From assembly GCA_964422885.1 (NCBI GenBank), contig CAYRDV010000001.1, positions 1 to 48,275 of the forward strand: DNA of 48,275 bases. The letters run 5' to 3'. Position 1 is the first letter of the stretch; every line of letters starts with the position of its first letter. Shown here piece after piece: positions 28,602-40,920 of this stretch. The notes beneath the pieces were generated by a model. That model was not told where the DNA came from. It saw nothing but the letters and a program-made list of their open reading frames with translations, and made no database searches. Origin of the DNA: an uncultured Candidatus Sericytochromatia bacterium (GTDB lineage Bacteria; Cyanobacteriota; Sericytochromatia; UBA7694; JACMQJ01). Both the position numbers and the translations under genes were made by a program.

Positions 28602-29519
28602 TTACTTATTTCTTCTTAAATAATCAAGTAATTTTATAAACTCATCTGGTTCTTTTGCTATAAATTCCATATTTTCATTTGTTTTTGGATGTCTTAATGC
28701 TAATTTATAAGCATGTAATGCCTGGCCATGTAATTTCACAGGAATTTTTAGATCCGGACCATAAACTTCATCGCCAACGATCCCATGTTTGATGTAAGCA
28801 AGATGAACCCGTATCTGGTGTGTTCTACCAGTTTTTAATTCCAATTCAAGCAGAGTAAATTTCCCAAATCTTTCTAAAACTGTCCAATAAGTAATTGCTT
28901 CTCTTCCATCTTTCACTACAGCCATTTTTTTTCTGTCTTTTGGATTTCTGTCAATTGGCTGGTTTATTTCTCCCTGATCCTGAGTTATATTACCTATTAC
29001 TACTGCTTTATAAAATCTTTTTGCTTCTTTAGTTTGAATTTGCTTTGATAAATTCTGATGGGAAAAATCACTTTTTGCGACCATTAATAAGCCACTTGTG
29101 TCTTTATCCAGCCTGTGAACTATACCTGGTCGTAATGCTCCACCAATTCCTGAAAGGTTCTTACAATGATAAAGCAGAGCATTTACTATGGTCCCATCCT
29201 TGCTTCCTTCCGCAGGGTGAGTTACCAGTCCTTTTGCTTTGTTAATTATTATCAGGTCATCATCTTCATAAACAATATCCAGCGAAATATTCTGAGGTTC
29301 GGCAGAAATTTTTCTTAATTCAGGAATCATTATTTGAACTTTATCACCAGCTCTGACGTTATAAGAAGCTTTTGTAATATTTTCATGAACCAGTACATTT
29401 TCCTCATCAATAAGTTTTTTTATTCTCGATCTGGTTAGTTCTTTATACCTTTCAGTTATAACTATATCAAGCCTTTTATTATTTTCATCAGGTTCAACAA
29501 TAAATTCAAATTTTTCCAT
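28602..29519 (-). CDS. rluD: 23S rRNA pseudouridine synthase, RluA/RluD family
   Basis: N-terminal S4-like domain (RLDIVITERY..). Catalytic motif HRLDKDTSGLLMVAK and C-terminal TGRTHQIRVHLA. Confidence 0.88.
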   Translation of the reverse strand: MEKFEFIVEPDENNKRLDIVITERYKELTRSRIKKLIDEENVLVHENITKASYNVRAGDKVQIMIPELRKISAEPQNISLDIVYEDDDLIIINKAKGLVTHPAEGSKDGTIVNALLYHCKNLSGIGGALRPGIVHRLDKDTSGLLMVAKSDFSHQNLSKQIQTKEAKRFYKAVVIGNITQDQGEINQPIDRNPKDRKKMAVVKDGREAITYWTVLERFGKFTLLELELKTGRTHQIRVHLAYIKHGIVGDEVYGPDLKIPVKLHGQALHAYKLALRHPKTNENMEFIAKEPDEFIKLLDYLRRNK

Positions 29520-29534
29520 TCTTTATCCCAAATG

Positions 29535-29566
29535 AAAAAAGGGAGCAATTAATTGCTCCCTTTTTT
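29535..29566 (-). terminator. Rho-independent terminator (symmetric)
   Basis: GGGAGCAATT pairs with AATTGCTCCC as a perfect palindrome (29541-29560), flanked by A6 and T6. It lies just downstream of the 29580 minus-strand stop. Confidence 0.75.
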
Positions 29567-29579
29567 CATTTATTAATTA

Positions 29580-31454
29580 TTAATCTCTTTTTATAATGTC
29601 TAAATCAGGGGCTGCATTAATACTTCCACTTACAACATTAAGAAGGGAATAGGTCGCTGGTAAGTATGCATCACTCAATACACCACCATCAACAACGCCA
29701 GCAACAATTATTTTTGTTCCTGTTGGAGCGTTCTTTAATGTGTAAGTTCCATCAGCTTGCACTGCGTCATCATATGATGATATCAGATCTTTGACATTTG
29801 TATCATCTCTGTTTTCAAAAATAGCATTAATTACTTTCTTGGTATCACCACTAGTAAGAGTAACATTACCAGCAAGGTTTAAACTTGCATCAATAGCTGC
29901 TACTTTTATTGCTCCTGATAAAGAGGCTTGTTTTCCAGCTCTATCCTTAATCAGAACTTTTCCTCTGATATCTCCCACAGAAATTACCTGAAGAACATGC
30001 CTCATTAAAACACGTTCAGTTGCTATTGTGTCATTGGATGGTATTACCACCTTTAAGCCTTTTTGGGTCTGGTGAAATGGCAATACAACAGTCAGATTAT
30101 ATTCACCACCAGGAATATTATTTAGTGGTACTGAAAATTCCAGATTTGATAGAAATAAAATCCTGTCAGCTGTTTCTGTTGCTGTAATAAATTCTTTTAC
30201 TGTATATATTGGTGTTTTAGGATAAGTAAATGATTTGGTAATATTAGTACCTTCCAGTTGCAAAGAACCTTGTATGTCATCAAGATAGTGGAATTCATTA
30301 TCATAATAACAGTTAGAGGTTGTTGAGTTTACTCTAATTGCAGAATACCCACGTGGACATACACCATTTACAAAAAGAGCTGTGGTCAGCACAGGACTAC
30401 TTTCTGCCAGAAGTGTAACAGACAAATTACCTATTGGTCTGATATAAAGTGATTTAAGATCTGTTTCAGTAGAATCATTTGATGATGCAACATTTTGGGT
30501 AAATGTTACATAAGAACCATCAGCACTACTAAATTCAAGAGTTGTTGATGTCAGAGGAACCCCTCTCATAGTAAAAGTTCCGTTTGTATCAGTTACAGTT
30601 GAAATAGTTGTTCCTACTACTCTTACTGTAATATTAGGGATCACTTTATTTCTAAGGACAGAATCAAAAACAGCTCCTTTTACGGACCTTGAATTAGCAA
30701 TTAATGGTATTGTTAAATTTTCTATTTGCTCCGGTGTAACTGCAAGCGAAGTAGTTAAGTTATCTGATGAAATTTCCAGGTTTCTTGATGTAGTAAATTG
30801 AGAGGTTGGAAGGTTAAATTCACCCTCTGAATTTGTGGTTGTAAAGTTATTGATAAAACCTCCGGTAACATCTGAAACTCTTGCACTGGCAATTGGTGTC
30901 CCATCAGCTCTTACAACCTTACCACTAATAGATAAAGTTGGGTGAACCTGAGGTGCACCACTATTTGGTTGGTTAAATGCCACATTTCTGAGTTTTGTTA
31001 CCTTTCCTGCTTCGATAGTTGAAGCAAGTTCAGAAGGTGGTTGTTTCGCACTACTTATTGAAACTATTACTGTACCCGGCCTTAGGTTTGTTACTAAAAA
31101 TGTTCCTGTAGATGAAAGCTTTATGGAATCTAGGGTCTGTCCTTTACGCTCAAGTATTTTATCTTTTTTTGTTTTAGGGTCCTGGACAACTTTACCGTTT
31201 TTATCCTTTTCAAAGATATCCTGATCTCTGATTATTTTTACAGTAGTTTCAGGAGGTGCATCATTTGAAGTGTTATCAAATGTTACAGAACCACTGATCG
31301 CTCCTTTGTCAGTACTAGGTATGACCACTTTTGGATTTCTTAAGCTTTCTTCAAGAGCTGCTGCATCTGGATTAACTAATGTTGGCTGACAGGCACTAAT
31401 ACCCATAACTACTGCTAAAAGTATTAATGGCATCCTTTTTAGATTATTTTTCAT
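29580..31454 (-). CDS. Large lipoprotein with several carboxypeptidase-regulatory-like (Ig-like beta-sandwich) domains
   Basis: Signal peptide with lipobox GISAC. Repeated motifs include ISGKVVRADGTPIASARV...NSEGEFNL and VKGAVFD...TVRVVGT...DTNGTFTMRGV. Confidence 0.6.
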   Translation of the reverse strand: MKNNLKRMPLILLAVVMGISACQPTLVNPDAAALEESLRNPKVVIPSTDKGAISGSVTFDNTSNDAPPETTVKIIRDQDIFEKDKNGKVVQDPKTKKDKILERKGQTLDSIKLSSTGTFLVTNLRPGTVIVSISSAKQPPSELASTIEAGKVTKLRNVAFNQPNSGAPQVHPTLSISGKVVRADGTPIASARVSDVTGGFINNFTTTNSEGEFNLPTSQFTTSRNLEISSDNLTTSLAVTPEQIENLTIPLIANSRSVKGAVFDSVLRNKVIPNITVRVVGTTISTVTDTNGTFTMRGVPLTSTTLEFSSADGSYVTFTQNVASSNDSTETDLKSLYIRPIGNLSVTLLAESSPVLTTALFVNGVCPRGYSAIRVNSTTSNCYYDNEFHYLDDIQGSLQLEGTNITKSFTYPKTPIYTVKEFITATETADRILFLSNLEFSVPLNNIPGGEYNLTVVLPFHQTQKGLKVVIPSNDTIATERVLMRHVLQVISVGDIRGKVLIKDRAGKQASLSGAIKVAAIDASLNLAGNVTLTSGDTKKVINAIFENRDDTNVKDLISSYDDAVQADGTYTLKNAPTGTKIIVAGVVDGGVLSDAYLPATYSLLNVVSGSINAAPDLDIIKRD

Positions 31455-31524
31455 TATAAAATAAAACTCCTTATAATTTTTTTGGCTAATTTCCCATTTT
31501 CACTTCTTATGTTAAGTGGCTCTA

Positions 31525-32121
31525 TTAAGTTGTTGTACTATCCTCTTTTTTAGTCTCCGGGGTTACAAAGCCTGAAGGATCAGTTTCAAATCTGAGTGGT
31601 GTAGTAAATTTGAGCGTAACTATATGATCATTACTATCAACACCCAGTAATGTTACTTCTGCGAGACCTGAACCGATACTGACAAAGGCATTATTTGGAT
31701 AAACAGCATTGATTAAATCATCTGATAACTGAAGTATTGGAATACCACCAGAAAAAGAACCTCCATTTGGTATGGTAAGAATCAGGGGAAATTTTTGGGC
31801 AGGTAGCTTTTTATTATTTAATGTTATTTCCACTATTACCTGCTTAAAAATTACCCTTGGTAAACCAGGGCGGTTTTCAATAGTGACAGTTGGCTCATTA
31901 AATTTGTACTCCGCAATATTAAAAGCACCTGATGATTTAAAGCTTTGGATTATACTTACACCTTTTGCTTCATCAGCACTTGTTACTTTTGTTACAGTCA
32001 GCTCCGCTTTTGGAACAATAGGATTATTTAATTCTCCACAACTTGTTACAGTTAGTCCTGAAAATATTAATAAACTAAAGATTACTAATCTTTTTCTCAT
32101 TTTACTTTTTATCATCCTCAT
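31525..32121 (-). CDS. Lipoprotein, unknown function
   Basis: Signal peptide with lipobox VTSC; no other motif recognised. Confidence 0.55.
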   Translation of the reverse strand: MRMIKSKMRKRLVIFSLLIFSGLTVTSCGELNNPIVPKAELTVTKVTSADEAKGVSIIQSFKSSGAFNIAEYKFNEPTVTIENRPGLPRVIFKQVIVEITLNNKKLPAQKFPLILTIPNGGSFSGGIPILQLSDDLINAVYPNNAFVSIGSGLAEVTLLGVDSNDHIVTLKFTTPLRFETDPSGFVTPETKKEDSTTT

Positions 32122-32249
32122 AAAACCTCATAACTTTATCGCTCTTACAATATAACCAACAAGAAAGCCAAATATGAAGGCGAAACCTTTATCACTAATT
32201 ATTAAATGAACAAAATCATTCCAGTGACCCTGAAAACTAGGCATAATAT

Positions 32250-32966
32250 TTAAACCTCCAGACTGCTACCAATTTCAGATTCTGCATCAATAGACATAAA
32301 AACCTGTATTACATTTGGATCAAACATAATTCCTGCCATTCTTTGTAACTCTTTCATCGCATTTTCCGGTGAAATAGAATTTCTATAAGGTCTTTCATGA
32401 GTCAAAGCATCATAAGTATCAACTACAGACAAAATTCTTACAGGCAAAGGAATGAATTCTCCCGAAAGTTGGTCAGGATAACCACAACCGTCCCATCGTT
32501 CATGATGCCACCTTACCCAAAGTGCTGATGAACCTATATTGGCAATTTGTCTTACTAACTGCTCCCCAAGTATTGGATGTTCTTCGAGCCTTAGTCTCTC
32601 TTCAAATGTCAATCCTCTTTCTTCTTTAATAAAATCAAAATTGTTTACCTGGCCTACATCATGTAAAAGGGCAGCACATTCTAAAGCATCTAATTCATCA
32701 TTAGGCAAACCATATCTTTCTCCGATCTGTCTGGCTAATTCTGCCATTCTTCTGGAATGCCCAGGTGAACCTTCGTATTGATCAGCAGAATCAGACCATT
32801 GGCTGATACTACTCATTAATTCTGATAAGGAGCCATCAGCACCCGCCCCTGAACGTGATGAACCTTTTTTGCTGGTAAGTACAGGAATAGATAATACCAA
32901 TGCATATATAAATGACACAAGGTACAACCCATAAGCGATATATCTAATTGTTAATGCAGTTGACAT
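32250..32966 (-). CDS. Membrane-anchored HD-GYP domain protein (putative c-di-GMP phosphodiesterase)
   Basis: N-terminal TM helix (YGLYLVSFIYALVLSIPVL). HD motif ALLHDVGQ and HHERWDGCGYP (HHExxDGxGYP). Confidence 0.85.
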   Translation of the reverse strand: MSTALTIRYIAYGLYLVSFIYALVLSIPVLTSKKGSSRSGAGADGSLSELMSSISQWSDSADQYEGSPGHSRRMAELARQIGERYGLPNDELDALECAALLHDVGQVNNFDFIKEERGLTFEERLRLEEHPILGEQLVRQIANIGSSALWVRWHHERWDGCGYPDQLSGEFIPLPVRILSVVDTYDALTHERPYRNSISPENAMKELQRMAGIMFDPNVIQVFMSIDAESEIGSSLEV

Positions 32967-32996
32967 ACTAAAAACCGTATCTCCCGATTTATATTC

Positions 32997-36634
<3,638 letters not shown>

Positions 36635-36676
36635 TTTTTTTATTAACTCGATTATCTGTTCTACTACTTAACTATA

Positions 36677-37183
36677 TTATTTTTCTTCATCTAAACTCGG
36701 ATACCCGATCAGTTCCTGAACTAAGTCAGCAACTTCTCTGGGGTAATAGGTAATTGATAAGCCATCAGGCGAAATTTTGGCTAATTCATTACCAACAACC
36801 CATCCCTTACTGAAAAACTTGGAGCTTTCTCCACCAACTCTTGATTTTGCGTCTTCAATAAGATTATCAATTCTTTGTGGCTCATTATAACGAATAATTG
36901 TTACCCCATCATCATGAGATGTTTCAGTATACTCCCTGCTTACAGCAGCATCTTTGGTCAGACTCATATTACTATTGGCCATAAGAGGCCCTGTCCCTCT
37001 TTCAGCCTTATTAGTTCTTTGAAAGCTGTCCATTTTTTTATCTGCTGGTTTGGCAGGCTGTTGCCCTTGCGGTTTATTTAAATTGCCAGAGCCAGATGCT
37101 GGTTTCGCAGGAAATGGAGAGGAGGGAAACCGTTTAGACTGGTCTGTACCTTTTTTATCAGGATCTCTATTGTTACCTAACAT
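36677..37183 (-). CDS. Hypothetical protein with a disordered Pro/Lys/Gln-rich N-terminal half
   Basis: The listed ORF begins at 37237, inside the STAS gene. The in-frame ATG at 37183 (MLGNNRD) lies 13 nt after the STAS stop and is preferred. Confidence 0.5.
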   Translation of the reverse strand: MLGNNRDPDKKGTDQSKRFPSSPFPAKPASGSGNLNKPQGQQPAKPADKKMDSFQRTNKAERGTGPLMANSNMSLTKDAAVSREYTETSHDDGVTIIRYNEPQRIDNLIEDAKSRVGGESSKFFSKGWVVGNELAKISPDGLSITYYPREVADLVQELIGYPSLDEEK

Positions 37184-37196
37184 TTTATAATCTCTC

Positions 37197-37559
37197 TTAC
37201 TTCGATATTGCTTTAATTGAATCTTCTTCAGTTTCAAAAATTTCTGAAAACTGGGTAAGACCCATAATTGAAAATGTTTTACTAATTGTTTTGGTTAAAT
37301 TACAAAAGTAAATCTTTCCTCCAATATCAACTAATTTTTCAATTACTTCAATTAAAATTGAAATACCTATACTGTTAACAATATTAGATTTTTCAAAATT
37401 AATAATAAAATTTAGAATCCCTTCATTTATTAACTCATCTACTTTTTGACTAATTTTTTCGCCACCAAGATTATTTACATATCCTTCTGTTCTAAGGATA
37501 GCATAATTATTTTTTTTCTCTATTTTAACATCAAATGTTTCTACCACTTGTATCTCCAT
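37197..37559 (-). CDS. STAS-domain anti-sigma-factor antagonist (RsbV/SpoIIAA-like)
   Basis: ~120 aa. NFEKSNIVNSIGISILIE carries the conserved phosphorylatable Ser context (xNSxG). Confidence 0.8.
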   Translation of the reverse strand: MEIQVVETFDVKIEKKNNYAILRTEGYVNNLGGEKISQKVDELINEGILNFIINFEKSNIVNSIGISILIEVIEKLVDIGGKIYFCNLTKTISKTFSIMGLTQFSEIFETEEDSIKAISK

Positions 37560-37561
37560 AT

Positions 37562-37984
37562 TTATTTTAATTTAGTCATTTTAAGAGTTGTTCCTTCTGG
37601 ACTGCTTTCTATATCAACCGTATCCATCAACTTTCTTATTAGCATCAGACCCCAACCACGCTTATATGTAGATTTAAGTTTACTTTCTATTTTGGGATTT
37701 AATTCTATGGAACCTGGATCAAATCCCCTACCATTGTCTCTTATAATAACAGCCAATTCAGTACTATGCATAATAAATTTTATATAAAGTTTATTATCTT
37801 TACTGTTACTATGTTCAAATGCATTAATACAAGCTTCAATTAAAGCTAATTTTAATTCATCTATTTTGTCTTCATCAAATTTCATATATTCGGCTACAGC
37901 AGCAGCAGTTTCTATAGCCGCAACCTCAATATCCGGTACAATAGGTATTACCAGAGAGACCTCATTTAATGGTTCAGTATTCAT
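37562..37984 (-). CDS. RsbW/SpoIIAB-like serine kinase (HATPase_c_2 anti-sigma regulatory factor)
   Basis: N box ALIEACINAFEH, G1 IRDNGRGFD and G2 GWGLMLIRKLMD. 140 aa. Its stop lies 2 nt before the STAS start. Confidence 0.8.
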   Translation of the reverse strand: MNTEPLNEVSLVIPIVPDIEVAAIETAAAVAEYMKFDEDKIDELKLALIEACINAFEHSNSKDNKLYIKFIMHSTELAVIIRDNGRGFDPGSIELNPKIESKLKSTYKRGWGLMLIRKLMDTVDIESSPEGTTLKMTKLK

Positions 37985-38028
37985 CTAATTAACAGAATAT
38001 TTTCCATTGTTAATTTTTTTGCATTATA

Positions 38029-38448
38029 TCATGGGATAACAGGTAATTCTATATCAAGCCGACCTTTTCCATTAAAGTAGGAATTTTTACTAAATTTTTT
38101 CCCATCCATTTCGTCAAAAGGAATATATACATCTACGAAAATTTCTCCTGCATCAACAGTTATAATATTACCTTCTTCATCATTAAAGTTTGAACCTATA
38201 ATTTTACCCTGCAATTCTGTATAGTATTTAGAATCCAGGTTATTTATTTTAGATTCCAGTTTAATGTCTGTTAATTCAAATTCTTTACAAAAAAGAGTAA
38301 GTCTTACATTAAACTCTTTATTAATCTGAAATTTATCAAGAGTAAAACCCTTTAATTTTTTTGAACTGTTAAACTCTGCTATAACATCAGCTTCGCCTGT
38401 TTCTGCATCCCAGATTTCAAAACTTAAGAGCTTTACTTTATTCAGCAT
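38029..38448 (-). CDS. Hypothetical small acidic cytoplasmic protein
   Basis: 139-aa ORF with no signal peptide. It starts 7 nt after the stop of the upstream lipoprotein gene. Confidence 0.5.
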   Translation of the reverse strand: MLNKVKLLSFEIWDAETGEADVIAEFNSSKKLKGFTLDKFQINKEFNVRLTLFCKEFELTDIKLESKINNLDSKYYTELQGKIIGSNFNDEEGNIITVDAGEIFVDVYIPFDEMDGKKFSKNSYFNGKGRLDIELPVIP

Positions 38449-38455
38449 AATTAAC

Positions 38456-39064
38456 TTATCTCATTTCATCAGGTATAAGAATATACCTGTCCGGACGAAG
38501 CTTTTTATAATAATAATAAGTTGCAATTTGACCATTTAACCTTGTTACACAAAACTCCCCGGTTTTTGGATTCCATTTATCAACACTTATTAGCTTTTCT
38601 TCTATATATGGACCCAAATCAAAATAATATTTCCAATCGGGACTTTTACTTCCTGAAGCTTTTAGAGCCATACTAAGGTAGTCTTCTATTTTTCTTACTG
38701 GAGGCTTAAAATCAGGACCATGTTTGATAAAATGTTTGGTCAGATTTGCTTTGGGGTTATTTTCTGGTCCAGGTGTCCATTCTCCGGTCGGATTTACTCT
38801 TGTTAACATAGAAATTTGCTGTAAATCGTTATTAGTAAGATTTACCTTGAAATTACGAATGATTGATACAAATTCAGCTGTTGATGAAGCATATAGATTA
38901 TTTGGTAAGGGCATTGCTGGAATTGCCTGAGCTTGTACTGAATCTGCAATCTGTTGGTTGTTTATATTATCTAAAAGCGGGGCTTCATCTTCACTACATG
39001 CAGCCATGAATAACATTAAGAAGATACTGATAAACCTTATTAGTAGTATATTTTGCTTATTCAA
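38456..39064 (-). CDS. Lipoprotein, unknown function (possible secreted enzyme)
   Basis: TTG start with a GGGAGA Shine-Dalgarno 8 nt upstream. Signal peptide with lipobox FMAAC. The C-terminal region contains LTKHFIKHGPDFK. Confidence 0.55.
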   Translation of the reverse strand: MNKQNILLIRFISIFLMLFMAACSEDEAPLLDNINNQQIADSVQAQAIPAMPLPNNLYASSTAEFVSIIRNFKVNLTNNDLQQISMLTRVNPTGEWTPGPENNPKANLTKHFIKHGPDFKPPVRKIEDYLSMALKASGSKSPDWKYYFDLGPYIEEKLISVDKWNPKTGEFCVTRLNGQIATYYYYKKLRPDRYILIPDEMR

Positions 39065-39535
39065 AATAAATTCTCCCGGTAAAAAATATTTCCAGTAGTT
39101 AAATTATAGAAATTTTTATATTAAAACTTGTTAATCAAAAAAGTATCAATGACAAGTTCCCATAAACCTTATTTTAATTTTAGCATAACTATTTATTATG
39201 GTTATAACTTTTCCTGTTAATCAATTTGTTTTTTTACCCTTGAAGAGAAAGCTCTTAATAAAAACTATTTTTTTCGCTTGATTGTTTATTGGTCGCATTT
39301 AGATTAGTGATTATTTTTTTAAGAAAAGAAAGTTTTTAATTTTGCTAATTCATAAATCCTGGTAATTCTGATTGTGACTTTTTTCCTCATTGACCATCGT
39401 AGTAAATCGTTACTAATAAATGGTTTCAATAAATCGTGAATGCTCAAACTAATGATATAAATTAAAGTTATTAAATAGAATCTGGCACTCATTACCAATT
39501 TGTTTGAGTATTTACCTCTTTGGTCAATCTAAGCT

Positions 39536-39557
39536 CCCTTTCCTTTGAAGGAAAGGG
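39536..39557 (-). other. Perfect 10-bp hairpin downstream of the three-gene operon (no U-tract)
   Basis: CCCTTTCCTT-TG-AAGGAAAGGG lies 26 nt beyond the minus-strand stop at 39583. No T-run follows on either strand, so terminator function is unproven. Confidence 0.3.
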
Positions 39558-39582
39558 CTGGGGTATGGTTAGAAAAAAAGTA

Positions 39583-39963
39583 TTACGGTTCAGGAAATTT
39601 TGCGTCCTGAATTTTTACAACAACACCATCATGTACTACAAGTTCGCTTATTACGTCATTTACAACAGGCAATTTATCTTCAATACCAAAATTAATCCTG
39701 CCTGGAATAAACTGATAAAAAGGTCCAGCACTATAACCAATTTTTTTAATATATTTCTGAAATTTATCAAGAAAGTCAGGGGGAATAAACGGTTCTCCTT
39801 CTTTTATCTGAGAAGTAAAAATCTTAACTGCCATTTCAGTAGCTGAAGGTGAATCAAATAATGAATAAGCTTCTCTTGATAATTTGTTAAAGTATTCCGG
39901 ACTGTTTTTTATTCTTAATTTTACTGCACCTTCTAGGGTAATGCTGTTTTCTTGTGCTGACAT
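39583..39963 (-). CDS. Hypothetical 126-aa protein, third gene of the paralogue operon
   Basis: Its ATG (39961-39963) directly abuts the TAA of the upstream gene (39964-39966). No motif recognised. Confidence 0.6.
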   Translation of the reverse strand: MSAQENSITLEGAVKLRIKNSPEYFNKLSREAYSLFDSPSATEMAVKIFTSQIKEGEPFIPPDFLDKFQKYIKKIGYSAGPFYQFIPGRINFGIEDKLPVVNDVISELVVHDGVVVKIQDAKFPEP

Positions 39964-40884
39964 TTATTTCTTTCCAAATCTTGTCATTAAACTTCTAACA
40001 AATCCAATATTTTCTAATTTTTTAAGAGGCATCAATATCATACCCCTAATTAGGTTTTTTTGGAAGTTTTTTTCTTCTTCAATTCTGCCTGCAACAAAAC
40101 GATCCGTATTTGCTCTGGCATGACTTTCAGAATAACCTGATATTTCTCCGGTGGCTTCCCATATGCCATCATTACAAGCATATTTTAATTTCTGATCCAA
40201 CTGCTTTGTATATTCTAATTTTGACTGATAATTTTTAAAATAGATTGATAACATGAACAAAGAAGCCCCAAGGCTGTGAGCTGCAAGCTTCATACTGTAA
40301 CCAATATTAATCTTTCCAAATATTATTTCAGAAGAAATAATTTTCATTGCTTCAGCCATAATCTTAGGATCATCATCATGTGGAGAAATTGCCATAAGGC
40401 CAGTTACAATCATTTTAATTGCTTCCTGTAACCGGACTTCATTTTCTTTTGCGGCTTGCATTGAGCCCTGTACTATTTCTCTGGTGATATTTCTATATTC
40501 AGGAGAAAGAATATCAGGTGTGTCCGCCATTGCCTCAACCATTTGGTTGAGAAGAGCTTTTTGCATATTTGTTCCTACACCATTTTCGGCATTAGGATCT
40601 GCATTTGCCGCAACGGTATTAAATACTGCTGAGCCAATTGCACCAAGACTATATTCTTTTATTTGCTCAACAATTGATTTATCACGGACATGGCTTACAA
40701 CCTCTGCCCCGGCAGGGACAAACATGTCCTGTGAATGACCATCAAGAACGCTTGAGCCCTTGATAACAGCCGTTGCCCTCCTTGCATTACTGGAGACATT
40801 CCGGCGATTCATCTGGCCTCCGGCACCGCCTTTGCGATTACCAGATCCTTCTTTTTTTACAAGTTCATCTGTTTGTTCAGCCAT
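39964..40884 (-). CDS. Hypothetical protein, paralogue B (short basic/Gly-rich N-terminus + conserved ~238-aa domain)
   Basis: Aligns without gaps to the C-terminal ~238 aa of the 40921..42255 product, with about half the positions identical by eye. Shared strings include QDMFV, REIVQGS, VTGLMA.SPHDDD, GKINIGY, KNYQS, EEEK and GMIL.PLKK. Confidence 0.7.
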   Translation of the reverse strand: MAEQTDELVKKEGSGNRKGGAGGQMNRRNVSSNARRATAVIKGSSVLDGHSQDMFVPAGAEVVSHVRDKSIVEQIKEYSLGAIGSAVFNTVAANADPNAENGVGTNMQKALLNQMVEAMADTPDILSPEYRNITREIVQGSMQAAKENEVRLQEAIKMIVTGLMAISPHDDDPKIMAEAMKIISSEIIFGKINIGYSMKLAAHSLGASLFMLSIYFKNYQSKLEYTKQLDQKLKYACNDGIWEATGEISGYSESHARANTDRFVAGRIEEEKNFQKNLIRGMILMPLKKLENIGFVRSLMTRFGKK

Positions 40885-40920
40885 TTTTTACTTATACCCT
40901 AAACTCCATTATTAAGCTTT

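Noticed and set aside
36677-37237. Long form of the hypothetical ORF starting at 37237 and overlapping the STAS gene by 41 nt
   Set aside because: An in-frame ATG at 37183 lies just after the STAS stop. The extra 18 residues (MKLKKIQLKQYRSKRDYK) derive from the other frame of the STAS 3' end.
39520-39846. 108-aa plus-strand ORF at the edge of the long intergenic gap
   Set aside because: It mostly overlaps the 126-aa minus-strand gene, which is stop/start-coupled to the paralogue operon. Its translation is low complexity (FYNNTIMYYKFAYYVIYN).
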